NCBI GenBank assembly: GCA_011364965.1
Contig: RDOB01000004.1
Coordinates: 328,769 to 392,768 of the forward strand
DNA length: 64,000 nucleotides
Reading direction: 5' to 3'
Source of the DNA: Candidatus Heimdallarchaeota archaeon
Lineage (GTDB): Archaea; Asgardarchaeota; Heimdallarchaeia; Hodarchaeales; Hodarchaeaceae
Under the pieces are notes generated by a model. The model was not told the origin of the DNA. It saw only the letters and a list, made by a program, of their open reading frames with translations, and did not search any database. The stretch's first letter is position 1, and every line of letters starts with the position of its first letter. This document shows, piece by piece, positions 20,034-30,072 of this stretch. A program made the translations under genes and the position numbers.

Positions 20034-20579
20034 AAGTAAATACTCCTAAATATTCATCTTCGTTACAGTTCGTGTTTCTAGCAGTGGTTAAATAATCCTT
20101 TTTCAGAGTACTTCCCTAATCTTGGGAATTATAACTGAATTGGTCTCCTTTCTTTCAAGAATAAATTATTTGTGAAAAGACTATGAAATAATTTTTTTGC
20201 CAACATACCTCGGGGAGATTTAATCTAGCAAATTCAGAAAAGATAAAAAGTCTTTTAATAAGATATAAGGTCATTTCAATATATAAAAAGGAATTTAAAC
20301 CTTTGTAATAAGCAGAAATTCAATTAATTTTAAATTTTATAATTTAGGTCGTTAATTCGGGTTATTATTGACATAAAATTCTCTAAATAATAAAGATCAG
20401 ATCAGAAAATCCATATTGCGGTTTCTGTTATTGATCATAATAGACAAGAAATAAAACAATTCTCGAATTTCCCTCTGGTTGAGGGAAAGTAAGTCATTGC
20501 TTTCATAAATCCCTTATTGCGATGGAAATGCAAGTCCCTACACGTATTTACGAAAAAAGTTCAATTTGAGGCCTAAAAA

Positions 20580-22085
20580 ATGACATCTAGATTTTTACAA
20601 GCTGTAAGACCATTCATGTCGATTACACCTGAAGTTGTTAAACCAACACGTGAGGTACACTTCAATGAAAAGATAATATGGACGTTTGCAGCTCTTGTTA
20701 TATATTTCCTAATGACTTCAACTCCAATTATTGGTGCTGAAACAGAAAGTTCAGATCCCTTTGCATTCATGAGAACAATTACAGCCTCTACTCAGGGTTC
20801 TCTTGCTGAACTTGGTATCGGGCCTATTGTTACTGCGGGACTTATTATGCAGATTTTAGTGGGATCTAAAATCATTAATGTCAATATGGGTGATCCTGAA
20901 GAACGTTCCTTATATACAGGAGCTCAAAAAGTATTATCTGTGATTATGACAATCATTGAAGCAACAGCTTTCTTAGTTGGAGGAACGTACGGTACCAATT
21001 TACAAGTTACTGATCAATTAGCCATTATTTTCCAGCTACTTGCAGCTGGTATTATCATCATACTGCTCGATGAAATGGTTCAAAAGGGATGGGGATTAGG
21101 ATCAGGAATTTCTCTTTTCATTGCAGGTGGTGTAGGACTACAGATTTTCCAAGGATTATTTGCTTTACAGAACATACGTGAAGGCCCGAACGAAATAATA
21201 TCCGCTCGTGGTATAGTTTTGGCAATTATCTATTGGGTTACAACAGAGGGACCAATTGAGGCTATAGGAGCATTATTTTTCCGTTATAGCCCTAATTTAG
21301 GTGATAATCTGAATTTACCTTCACTTTCGCTTCTCTCACTAATAGCTACCGTTGTAGTTTTCATAATTGTTATATATTTTGAATCTATGCGTATCGAAAT
21401 ACCAATATCCTATGCTCAATACAAAGGAATACGGTCTACTTATCCAATTAAGTTACTATATGTGTCAAATATCCCAGTTATCTTAACATCAGCAGTTTTT
21501 GCAGATATCTACTTTATAGCTCAAATGGTATGGCGTGCTGCAGGTGGCGAAGGTACAACAAACTTACTTGCTTCTGTTCTTGGAACATTTAGAGTCAATC
21601 CTGAATCACAGCAATATGAACCCACTGGAGGTCTTGTATATTTCTTAACTCCGCCCAGATCGCTAATTGGGGATCTTGGGGTTATCGATCTAAACGATCC
21701 AGTGAGTTCTCTTACAAGAGCCTTTGTTTATGCTGCTATCTTGATAATTCTTTCTGTGATCTTTTCCGTAATGTGGTTAGAAACCGCTGGTATGGGACCA
21801 CGGGATGTTGCTAATCAATTTCTACAATCCGGAATGCAGATGCCCGGTTGGCGACGTAACAAAAAGATAGTTGAAAAACGACTAGAGATGTATATTCCTA
21901 CAATTGCAGTAATAGGGGGGTTATTTATAGGAAGTTTGGCTGCTTTTGCTGATTTTCTAGGCGCTATAGGTTCAGGAATGGGTATTCTACTTTCTGTAAG
22001 TATTATGAGGCAATATTTTGAGCTGATATCTAAAGAAAGAGTTGCTGAAATGAATCCTGCATTACGGGGTTTCTTGGGGATATAA
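20580..22085 (+). CDS. secY: Preprotein translocase SecY/Sec61alpha
   Basis: GSLAELGIGPIVTAGLIMQ, LLDEMVQKGWGLGSGISLFIA, YPIKLLYVSNIPVIL, GAIGSGMGILL. Confidence 0.97.
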   Translation: MTSRFLQAVRPFMSITPEVVKPTREVHFNEKIIWTFAALVIYFLMTSTPIIGAETESSDPFAFMRTITASTQGSLAELGIGPIVTAGLIMQILVGSKIINVNMGDPEERSLYTGAQKVLSVIMTIIEATAFLVGGTYGTNLQVTDQLAIIFQLLAAGIIIILLDEMVQKGWGLGSGISLFIAGGVGLQIFQGLFALQNIREGPNEIISARGIVLAIIYWVTTEGPIEAIGALFFRYSPNLGDNLNLPSLSLLSLIATVVVFIIVIYFESMRIEIPISYAQYKGIRSTYPIKLLYVSNIPVILTSAVFADIYFIAQMVWRAAGGEGTTNLLASVLGTFRVNPESQQYEPTGGLVYFLTPPRSLIGDLGVIDLNDPVSSLTRAFVYAAILIILSVIFSVMWLETAGMGPRDVANQFLQSGMQMPGWRRNKKIVEKRLEMYIPTIAVIGGLFIGSLAAFADFLGAIGSGMGILLSVSIMRQYFELISKERVAEMNPALRGFLGI

Positions 22086-22148
22086 TTTTCCCTAGATATT
22101 TTTTAACTCTCATTGATTCAATTTGGTATTAGTTTCGGATACTGATTT

Positions 22149-22658
22149 CTAGGATTCCGAATTTTGTTCATATTTATCATATAAATTATCTAATAATATT
22201 TTAAATGCATCTACAGCATTAATTTTTTCTTCTCTGGGATGATGTAACTTCTCCTCATTTAGGTGATCAGTGAGGCATTCAATAAAAAATTCAAAACTAA
22301 ATTCCTCTTTAATCCAAAAATATAGGATTAAAGCTTCCACTCGGTCTGCGATTCTTCCTTTATTCCCAGTTAATTTTATTCTATTGTACTTTTTCCATTT
22401 AGATTGCCTATATGACTCCGCTAATACAAAATCTGGTACCTTAGATCCCGTTGAATCCTTCAAAACTCTTGATTTTGAAATTGAGTAAATAAAATTTACT
22501 AGAGAGTCGCCTAGTTTAGCGTTCCCTTTGTTGTGAATAAAACTATGTATTTTATCAGGATATTTTATGCTATTATGGATTAGTTTCTTGAACTGGTTAA
22601 ATTCATTCACAAAAAACAAGTTCCTTTTACTAAATATTTTCGGGAATTTTTTTCTCAA
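22149..22658 (-). CDS. Archaeal ribonuclease III-family protein
   Basis: AKLGDSLVNFIYS and ADRVEAL signatures; located after rpo11. Confidence 0.75.
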   Translation of the reverse strand: MRKKFPKIFSKRNLFFVNEFNQFKKLIHNSIKYPDKIHSFIHNKGNAKLGDSLVNFIYSISKSRVLKDSTGSKVPDFVLAESYRQSKWKKYNRIKLTGNKGRIADRVEALILYFWIKEEFSFEFFIECLTDHLNEEKLHHPREEKINAVDAFKILLDNLYDKYEQNSES

Positions 22659-22914
22659 AAATTGCTAATAAATCACTGCATTTCATTATTGCTGCATCGG
22701 CTGCAGCGTGTAATGCGTCTACAGGATCAATCCCTGAAGTTCGAATATGAAATATTGGATTCTCTAGTAAAGGATGGGGGGATCTATAAGCTGCAAATAA
22801 TACCCCCTCTTGATCTTTCAATGTTTCCCGAAGCATATTAAGAAATGTGTGATTCTCACCTATAATTTCAAACTCTAGAATTGCTTCTTCTCTTCGGACA
22901 ATCTTAGTCTGCAT
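22630..22914 (-). CDS. rpo11: RNA polymerase subunit Rpo11/L
   Basis: GENHTFLNML..GVLFAAYRSPHPL. Confidence 0.93.
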   Translation of the reverse strand: MQTKIVRREEAILEFEIIGENHTFLNMLRETLKDQEGVLFAAYRSPHPLLENPIFHIRTSGIDPVDALHAAADAAIMKCSDLLAIFEKKIPENI

Positions 22915-23016
22915 GAATATATCCTCTTTGTGATGTTTAGACCTTTATTTACAGGTTTTCCTCTTGTATTCAAATATCTTCTTTTGCTTGGAATAATATG
23001 GAAAATTGACTTAATT

Positions 23017-23976
23017 CTAGTTATTCAAAGCAAGAAGAATTCTCTGAGCAATATACTCAGAAAGAATCGGTGGAACACTTTCTCCAACTTGATTATACTG
23101 TGATTCTATTGATCCTAAAAACTCAAAAGTATCAGGGTAGCCCATTAATCGCGCATGTTCTCTCACAGTACATATACGATGTTCCTCAAAATGAATGAAA
23201 CGGCTTTTTCCCATAACGGTTGGACTAGGTTTATTTTTCTCTAGTCTTACGAAATTTCGGTACGTTTTTCGTCCGCTTCCTTTAAAATAAACAAGAGCAA
23301 CCCCAGATGGAAGATGAGGAATTTTTCTTTCAAAGTTTTTGGGAGAAGGCATAATCTCGTGATTAGCTATAAATCTGTCTGTCTGTAGTGATTCAAATGC
23401 TTCTTGTGATGTCTTGGAAGTCCTTTGAGAAGGCTTTTGGGGAATTTCTATATTGGAGACAAATACTCTTTTTCGAATACTGGGTACTCCAAAATTCTCT
23501 GCTCTTAAAATATTAAAATAGATCTTCTTGTATTTAGATCTCTTAAATTCATATTTTACTAGTTTTTTCATTTCAAAGGAAGCGATTTGGGCTACATTTT
23601 CAATGAAAAAGTAATCAGGTTCAAGATCAATTATTATTCTTATCGCTTCAAGAAATAATCTTCCTATTTCATCTGAGTACAGCTGGTCATATTCCCTTCT
23701 CATTCTACCTGGATTGGCTGAAGAAAAGGATTCACAAGGCGGACTAGCAATAATTACATCAGGCTCTTTTTCTCCAGTGCACTTAAGTATATCAGTTGAA
23801 TGAACATTCCTTATATCTTCTATTAAAGTATGGGTGGTTGGTATATTGTGTTTGTAGGTTTCTATCGCACGATAATCGATGTCAATCGCAAAAATTACTT
23901 CAAAAATCGGATTCGCCATTAGAAATCCATAGGCGTATCCTCCTCCTCCGCAAAATAAATCCACTATTTTCATCAT
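23017..23976 (-). CDS. C5-cytosine methyltransferase (orphan)
   Basis: DLFCGGGG (motif I), SPPCESFS (IV), ENV (VI), RKRVF (VIII), ARLMGYPD (IX), QVGESVPP (X). Confidence 0.9.
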   Translation of the reverse strand: MMKIVDLFCGGGGYAYGFLMANPIFEVIFAIDIDYRAIETYKHNIPTTHTLIEDIRNVHSTDILKCTGEKEPDVIIASPPCESFSSANPGRMRREYDQLYSDEIGRLFLEAIRIIIDLEPDYFFIENVAQIASFEMKKLVKYEFKRSKYKKIYFNILRAENFGVPSIRKRVFVSNIEIPQKPSQRTSKTSQEAFESLQTDRFIANHEIMPSPKNFERKIPHLPSGVALVYFKGSGRKTYRNFVRLEKNKPSPTVMGKSRFIHFEEHRICTVREHARLMGYPDTFEFLGSIESQYNQVGESVPPILSEYIAQRILLALNN

Positions 23977-24455
23977 TCATTTTCCTGGATAGCTTTTTTA
24001 ATTCCAATCAGGAAAAGCGCAGTTTGAGTAATCGGATTCACATCAGATATAACCTCTTCTAAAAAAACTCCCTTACCCAGATCCAATTCTTTTCGTGTGA
24101 CTCCAGGAGTGGTTCCTCCGATAATAATCAGAATTTTCTTATCGTGTTGTAGTTCTTTTGCTATATTAGCATATGGAACGGGTTCATTAGCGAATTTTTG
24201 GGGAACAAGAAAGAAAATTAAATTTGGATTAAAGATTTCGATTATATCAGGAATGTCTGAAAAGAATAGCAGGTTTCCTCCAGATTTAAAAATCGTTTTT
24301 TGTGCTTCAGGAATACCTATAGAAGCAGCAGCAGAGGAAAGCTTAGAATATATGATATTTCTACAACCCAAGCCAATACACGTGTCCGCAAAGTATTTTA
24401 CAGCGTTTCGGCTATGTGAATTGTGAAAAACCATAAATAAATTCTGAAGACTCAT
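23973..24455 (-). CDS. SPOUT-fold methyltransferase-like protein (COG4080, often mislabelled RecB-family nuclease)
   Basis: VFHN..AAASIGIPEAQK..GG..PGVTRKELDLG. Confidence 0.7.
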   Translation of the reverse strand: MSLQNLFMVFHNSHSRNAVKYFADTCIGLGCRNIIYSKLSSAAASIGIPEAQKTIFKSGGNLLFFSDIPDIIEIFNPNLIFFLVPQKFANEPVPYANIAKELQHDKKILIIIGGTTPGVTRKELDLGKGVFLEEVISDVNPITQTALFLIGIKKAIQENE

Positions 24456-24647
24456 TTTCTACACTTCATATAATGCTTATACATCTTTGAGAGAAATAAT
24501 ATAATGCTTTTTTACATTAAAATTCAAATTACCTAATAAGTAAATTTAATGAAAATTTAAAATCAGGTTAATTCCAATTAGTTATTCAAAGGATTGAAAG
24601 AGCAGAAACTTAATTAGAGAAAGGATAGGTATATTAATTGCTTATCA

Positions 24648-24760
24648 GTCGGGATATCCAAGCCTGGTATGGAGCCAGCCTGCTAAGTTGGTGCTCTATG
24701 AGCTCGGGGGTTCAAAATCCTAGATCTTAATTGATCTGGATGAAAATCCCCCTCCCGACG
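24648..24760 (+). tRNA. tRNA-Ser(GCT) with 30-nt T-loop intron (59/60; 24717-24746)
   Basis: GTCGGGA/TCCCGAC acceptor; anticodon GCT at 24682-24684; long variable arm; BHB with TTCA/TGAA helix and AAA and AAT bulges. Confidence 0.93.
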
Positions 24761-25046
24761 TTTTAATTTTTTTGCTTTATCCCTGTTCCTTGGATAAAAA
24801 TGCAATAAGACATATTTAATGCATTTATTGACTGTTTTCATGCGTAGGTAAAATTGTCCTGCATAGAACAGAACATATTTTATTTGATTTCTAGATAAAT
24901 CTCAATTTTTCTGAAATAAACCTCTGAATAAGATCCATTTTGAGATTTACAATATCTGAGTTAATCCTTCACATTACCAAATAGAAAAAAATCCCTAGAA
25001 TAAGTAATGGAGAAATATAACATAGATTCAAGACAGAAAACATTAG

Positions 25047-25120
25047 TGGGCCGGGACAGATTTGAACTATCGATTTCCTCCGTGTCAGGGAGGCGTCATA
25101 CCGGGCTAGACCACCGGCCC
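25047..25120 (-). tRNA. tRNA-Val(GAC), no intron
   Basis: GGGCCGG/CCGGCCC acceptor; CCTCC-CT-GAC-AC-GGAGG anticodon arm. Confidence 0.95.
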
Positions 25121-25188
25121 ATTCCTTTATTAGGATTTATTTAACCCATTTATTGAAATAATTCTCTATATCACAATAATTATATATT

Positions 25189-25635
25189 TTACTCCTCTGA
25201 TGTACTTGAAAAAGTTTTCCCTCCAGCAGCTTCGATTTTTTCTTCTGCTTTAGGGGTTATTGTATCTGCATAAACATGTAGGGAATTGGTAACAATACCT
25301 TTACCTAATACTTTTGAAAATCCCAGTTCTCTTAGATCAATTTTTATGTGAGAGCCTTCTTTTTTAGCATAATCCCCTGCTAGTAATAGCTCTATTTGTT
25401 CATCCAATTGACCAATATTTATTGAAGCTTGCTTTCTATCTGTAGAGTGAGTAGTAAAGCCTTTTTGATCTAAGATCATCTGCTTAATTCTACCTATTCT
25501 GCGGTGATCTTTGATTCCTGCATTTCCTTTACCTCCACGAGAACCACTCTTTCTATGTCCACCAGAAATTCGTCCATAACCATATACTCTACTTCCCCGT
25601 TGTTTTCGTACTTTTTTTTCTCGCCTAACTGTCAT
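25189..25635 (-). CDS. rpl15: 50S ribosomal protein uL15
   Basis: RGSRVYGYG..HRKSGSRGGKGNAG; KVLGKG; KIEAAGG. Confidence 0.95.
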   Translation of the reverse strand: MTVRREKKVRKQRGSRVYGYGRISGGHRKSGSRGGKGNAGIKDHRRIGRIKQMILDQKGFTTHSTDRKQASINIGQLDEQIELLLAGDYAKKEGSHIKIDLRELGFSKVLGKGIVTNSLHVYADTITPKAEEKIEAAGGKTFSSTSEE

Positions 25636-25648
25636 CTTTTTTCTTTCC

Positions 25649-26140
25649 TTAAGACATTTGGATTAAAAGCTTGTTAATATCGTCAGCACGATACCCCAAT
25701 GCTCCACCAGTGGTGTAAGCGTATTTTACGCCTCCTCGTTCATGGCCTTTTTTAGGTGGATGTAGACGAAAAACAGGTTTCAATCCTTCAATATCAGATA
25801 ATTCCGCCTCAAAGCTAAGATATTTTTCTATAAATTGATCTAAACTTGTGAAATTGGTATGCTTCTTGAGATAATCTTCTGTAAATTTATCTCCTCCGAT
25901 AACTCGACCTCTTTTAAGAAGTAATTCTTTTAAAGTTTGAGCATCAGGTTCTCCCCAAGTAATGAGATCTTTAGCTTTTTGTAACATACCTCTGTATGTT
26001 TTTCGGTCATCTAATAAAACACAATGATTAGATTTGTGTAATTTCAGGAGCTCTAATGTTCTTTTTACCGAATAGCTTCGATCTAATGTTCCTCTAATTC
26101 GAATTACTACAAATCTTTTAGTTCTCTGATCCTCTGTCAT
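25649..26140 (-). CDS. rpl30: 50S ribosomal protein uL30
   Basis: VIRIRG, GMLQKAKDLITWGE, KPVFRLHPPKKG, GGALGYR; start moved to ATG 26140. Confidence 0.95.
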   Translation of the reverse strand: MTEDQRTKRFVVIRIRGTLDRSYSVKRTLELLKLHKSNHCVLLDDRKTYRGMLQKAKDLITWGEPDAQTLKELLLKRGRVIGGDKFTEDYLKKHTNFTSLDQFIEKYLSFEAELSDIEGLKPVFRLHPPKKGHERGGVKYAYTTGGALGYRADDINKLLIQMS

Positions 26141-26147
26141 ATTCAAT

Positions 26148-26798
26148 TTATTCACCCCATTCAGAAACATGGGATATTTGATAAGTTGCTTTTAAAGCCT
26201 CAAATGCAGCTTTACAGAAATTTTGAGTAGTACGGGTATCACCAAACGAATTACTCCATATATCGGAAATACCTGCTAGTTCTAACACGCTTTTAGCAAC
26301 GTCTCCCACGACTAAGCCTAATCCTTTTGGAGCTGGTTTAAGTAATATCTTTACACTACCCACTTTACCATGAACTTCAAATGGAATAGAGTGAGGATTA
26401 CTACAAGTACATTCCCAACTTCCACAGCCTCGTTTAACTGGTACAATGTTTAGTTTAGCTGAAACTATTGCATTCCTGATTGCTGTTCCCACACCTGCGG
26501 CTTTTGCTTGAGCTACTCCTACAATTCCATTTTTATTTCCGACTCCAGCAGTAGCAACAAATAGTGTTTTTCTTCCTGCATCAGTTTGTCTTTGTACACG
26601 AGCAACATTCAATACAGTTTCCGTTAGATTTGGTACTAGAAAATCTACTACCTCAACATCATCAATCTTTAGTGAATCCCTGAATATATCATAAATTGAG
26701 GCGATTGTACCATCTTTAACTAACTGACCAACACTGGTTCGCGGGATCCATGTTTCAAGATCTAATGATGGTTGGGTTCTCTCTCTTCTTCTACTCAT
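26148..26798 (-). CDS. rps5: 30S ribosomal protein uS5
   Basis: WIPRT, VQRQTDAGR, RGCGSWEC, PAPKGLGLV. Confidence 0.96.
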   Translation of the reverse strand: MSRRRERTQPSLDLETWIPRTSVGQLVKDGTIASIYDIFRDSLKIDDVEVVDFLVPNLTETVLNVARVQRQTDAGRKTLFVATAGVGNKNGIVGVAQAKAAGVGTAIRNAIVSAKLNIVPVKRGCGSWECTCSNPHSIPFEVHGKVGSVKILLKPAPKGLGLVVGDVAKSVLELAGISDIWSNSFGDTRTTQNFCKAAFEALKATYQISHVSEWGE

Positions 26799-26827
26799 TT
26801 TGCTATCACATCTAAATTTTGGATACT

Positions 26828-27418
26828 TTATTGAAATTTACTCTCTATCATATTCTTTGAATCATTGAACAATTTTGGAATTTTCGTTGGATCAATTTTA
26901 TTTTTGTGATATTTAGAGAATTGCTTATCATAGAAATCTTTGTTATCTTCTTTCAATGCATTAGCATATTCGGAAATATGTGTTCCATTTATCCGTTTAT
27001 CATCTGGAAATATCTTATCTGAATGAGGAATGTCTATTCCTGAATCAACAACTCCTTTTAGAGCTGAAAATACCCGAGATCCATACACTGGAGGATTCAG
27101 TCCAATATCTAATATTGCACCTGCTATACCAGCCTTCTTCGCTTTGAAACCTGCCAGATATCCAACAAGATATGCACTTGGTAAATTAGAAGTAGCTACT
27201 AGCCAATTAAAACTTTTCAACTCTTTTGAATGTGTCGATGATAATGTTTTATCGCCATAAATATTTGCTTCTACGAACTGTACAAGACAATGACCATTTG
27301 TAACACGGACGACAGCACGGATTGCATTACTTTTTACTAATCGTCTTCTGAGATGATAATTTGTCTTTCCTTCTCTTCGTCGTCGGAATGGAACTCTATA
27401 ACGTGCATTTTTTGCCAA
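26828..27418 (-). CDS. rpl18: 50S ribosomal protein uL18
   Basis: RRRREGKTNY, NLPSAYLVG, ILDIGL, IPHS. Confidence 0.96.
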   Translation of the reverse strand: MAKNARYRVPFRRRREGKTNYHLRRRLVKSNAIRAVVRVTNGHCLVQFVEANIYGDKTLSSTHSKELKSFNWLVATSNLPSAYLVGYLAGFKAKKAGIAGAILDIGLNPPVYGSRVFSALKGVVDSGIDIPHSDKIFPDDKRINGTHISEYANALKEDNKDFYDKQFSKYHKNKIDPTKIPKLFNDSKNMIESKFQ

Positions 27419-27423
27419 TTATT

Positions 27424-27891
27424 CTATCTCCTTTTCTTTTTCCGCTTCTTTAGCATCCCTGAATCTTCAACGGTATTCCTAAGATGTGCAACACTTCGAT
27501 AGGAGTTACCTTTGACTTTTGCATACAGTTTCCGATATTGACTAGGAAGAATTAATTCATTTTCTCTCAAGCCCCTGAGATATCTTCGCTGACTTCTGAT
27601 TTTATTTATCCAAACTCTTTTGCTTGGTTGTCTTGCTCCCATCTTTCCTTTGCGACTTCCATGACCACGTCTTTGCCCATGTTTTTTCTGATGGATAAGG
27701 AGTCGAGTTCGTCCTCTTGAAACTCCATTTATGGGTTTTTTCCGAATAACATTGTCTGCGATTAATTTTCTGATATCATCTCTCGTAAGTGCTAAAGAAA
27801 GATCCTCTTCAAAATTAGGATCAATCCAGACTCTTTTTATACCAACATCAAGGATTTTTGCAGCAATTTTTTTCTGGGGCGTTAGATTCAT
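27424..27891 (-). CDS. rpl19e: 50S ribosomal protein L19e
   Basis: RVWIDP, TRDDIRKLI, GHGSRKG..AR, WINKIR. Confidence 0.96.
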   Translation of the reverse strand: MNLTPQKKIAAKILDVGIKRVWIDPNFEEDLSLALTRDDIRKLIADNVIRKKPINGVSRGRTRLLIHQKKHGQRRGHGSRKGKMGARQPSKRVWINKIRSQRRYLRGLRENELILPSQYRKLYAKVKGNSYRSVAHLRNTVEDSGMLKKRKKKRR

Positions 27892-28412
27892 TTTTCATCA
27901 CTTTCTTCGCTATCTTCTTCTAAATCAAGATCCTCGATGGCTATATCTTCAAGCATATCTTCATCTAATTCTAACTCTTCTTCTAAATCGCCCAGATCGA
28001 TTTTTGCAACTATTGGGTTCAGAACGTTAATATTCAGCAATTCTGCTTCCATAATTATCTGTTCTCGTTTTTTCCGTCCAACTGTAGCTGCAATGCGAGC
28101 GACCTGATTTTTAGAATCCATCAAAGTGAGATCTGTTGGGGAATTCACAATAATTTCTTCTTTACCAGATGATGATTGATGACGTACTCTTTTGGGGGAT
28201 CGAAAACCAATTTTTGGGGATATTGGCCAACCTGCTTTTTTTTCTTTGGCCTTCGTGTCAATACCACGGGGTTTTCGCCATCTTTCTTTCACTCTAATGT
28301 AGCGCCAGGATTCAATTCTTCGAAATTTTGGCCTTTTAGTCTTCAGGTTTGAACGAATTTTTTTGAGGCGCGCATTCTTCATCTGTTCACTATTTTCCGA
28401 AATTTCAGTCAT
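27888..28412 (-). CDS. rpl32e: 50S ribosomal protein L32e with acidic C-terminal tail
   Basis: RPKFRR..WRKPRGID..GFRSP; D/E-rich tail. Confidence 0.95.
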   Translation of the reverse strand: MTEISENSEQMKNARLKKIRSNLKTKRPKFRRIESWRYIRVKERWRKPRGIDTKAKEKKAGWPISPKIGFRSPKRVRHQSSSGKEEIIVNSPTDLTLMDSKNQVARIAATVGRKKREQIIMEAELLNINVLNPIVAKIDLGDLEEELELDEDMLEDIAIEDLDLEEDSEESDEK

Positions 28413-28525
28413 CTTTATTTCATCCTTTGTATGAAGAAGGGATTCTTGATTAAATCTTCGATTATATTGCTATTGATGTTATATACGTAATTTACAGAAT
28501 TTTTTTTTCTGTTAATATCATTCAA

Positions 28526-28600
28526 CGGGCACTCGAGGATTAAATGTAGACCAGAGCCCCGTATAGGCGACTATTGCGCCTGTATTTAAATGATACAGGA
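28526..28600. promoter_or_regulatory. GC-rich structured element upstream of the rpl32e operon (candidate leader or small RNA)
   Basis: Hairpin 28526-28561 plus competing stems TATAGGCG/CGCCTGTA and CCTGTAT/ATACAGG in an AT-rich intergenic region. Confidence 0.35.
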
Positions 28601-28954
28601 AGAGCTTTTAATAGGCTTTTGAGTATAAATCTCTCCCCTTTAATGATAGAAAGTTAGGAATTTATTATATTACACTGATTTATCTCTATTGCACTTTCAA
28701 GAGGTGAATGAACATCTCTTCACTCCATTAAGAAACAGCTGTTGAATAATTTAGAAATATTTCACACCATTTCATTATAAATTAATGTCTTGATATAATA
28801 AAATAAACAAACAAGAAATGTAAAAGAGAAGGATTCAGGTCATTCATCTATTCAAGAGAGTACCATTTATATTATTTATCTGTTTAAACAACTAAGGAGA
28901 TGATTTATAATTTTAATAAGCATAGAAAAGGCATTCAAGGAAATTGATGATTAT

Positions 28955-30061
28955 TTGAAAGAAATCTCAACAATTAATCAACAAAAAATAGAATTTTGCA
29001 GTGTTTTACGTGACCTTAACCCTATACTGGCGTCTTTACCACCCCATTTACAAACATCTACTTGTGATCTGAAGATGTTCTCTCTTTTACAACCAAGTGA
29101 TATTTCTGGTCTAACAATTGGCGGAATAGATGGGGGTTATTCCTCTCGTCTGCTCTTGGGATTTGACATTTTTTTATTTCGTGCAATTGCTGTATTCTCA
29201 ACATACTCTCCTAGTAAAATTCTAAAAACTAGTTACTTTCCAGCCAAAACACCTTCTCTCGAAATTGCAGTTTCAGACGTTGGTCTTTCCACCCTCGATT
29301 TTGAAAATATGGGTTCTATTCGTCGCGCTATAACAGAATTAGAAGTCGCAAACAAAGTAATTACTGAATACTTAGACTTAAGATCAAAAAAGATTGATCT
29401 ATTATTGTTAGATGGAAGTCCTGTTGTGAATAAACCTATAACGAAGAATGATAAGATACTTAACTATTATATCTCTTATGTTTCTATTTTAACTCGTCTA
29501 GTGAGGAAAGCTAATGAAAATGGAGTTAAGCTTGCTTGGATTGTTAAAGATAGTAGATCAAATTTATTTACTAAGCTCTTAGGAAGGATAACCCCCTTTA
29601 TTATTGAAGAGAATCCTCATCTATTCTCTTTAGATTATCGTCAAATTTTAAAGAGAAGTAGGGATATGGATCTCTTATATTATCTTCTCTTAGCAAATAC
29701 GAGGTCTATGGTATTCTATCGACAATATTCAATGCCAAAGCAGTTTGCTCAAGACTTTGCTCTGTATTCTTTCTATCTAAAAACTGCTCCATTTGATATT
29801 CCTTTACGAATCGAACTTTTTCAGTCACTCCATCAGTCTCGTGAAGAAAGGATAAAAGAAGTTCAAATTCTTTCAGAACTTATTCTCCCAGTATCGCAAT
29901 ATAATCGAACATATGGTGTACCAGCCCCCATTGTCGAAGCAGACGCACGTGCTAGAATTAGGGAAACAGAAGTCGAATCTTTACTTCAATTATTAAGAAA
30001 ACGTTACAATTCGCTTGGATTATGGACAAAGAGGAGAGAAAGAGCTCCTTGGAAATTATAG
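28955..30061 (+). CDS. nurA: DNA double-strand break repair nuclease NurA
   Basis: GIDGG, LLLDGS, IVKDS, YGVPAPIVEADARA. Confidence 0.88.
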   Translation: MKEISTINQQKIEFCSVLRDLNPILASLPPHLQTSTCDLKMFSLLQPSDISGLTIGGIDGGYSSRLLLGFDIFLFRAIAVFSTYSPSKILKTSYFPAKTPSLEIAVSDVGLSTLDFENMGSIRRAITELEVANKVITEYLDLRSKKIDLLLLDGSPVVNKPITKNDKILNYYISYVSILTRLVRKANENGVKLAWIVKDSRSNLFTKLLGRITPFIIEENPHLFSLDYRQILKRSRDMDLLYYLLLANTRSMVFYRQYSMPKQFAQDFALYSFYLKTAPFDIPLRIELFQSLHQSREERIKEVQILSELILPVSQYNRTYGVPAPIVEADARARIRETEVESLLQLLRKRYNSLGLWTKRRERAPWKL

Positions 30062-30072
30062 GATGTAATAAC

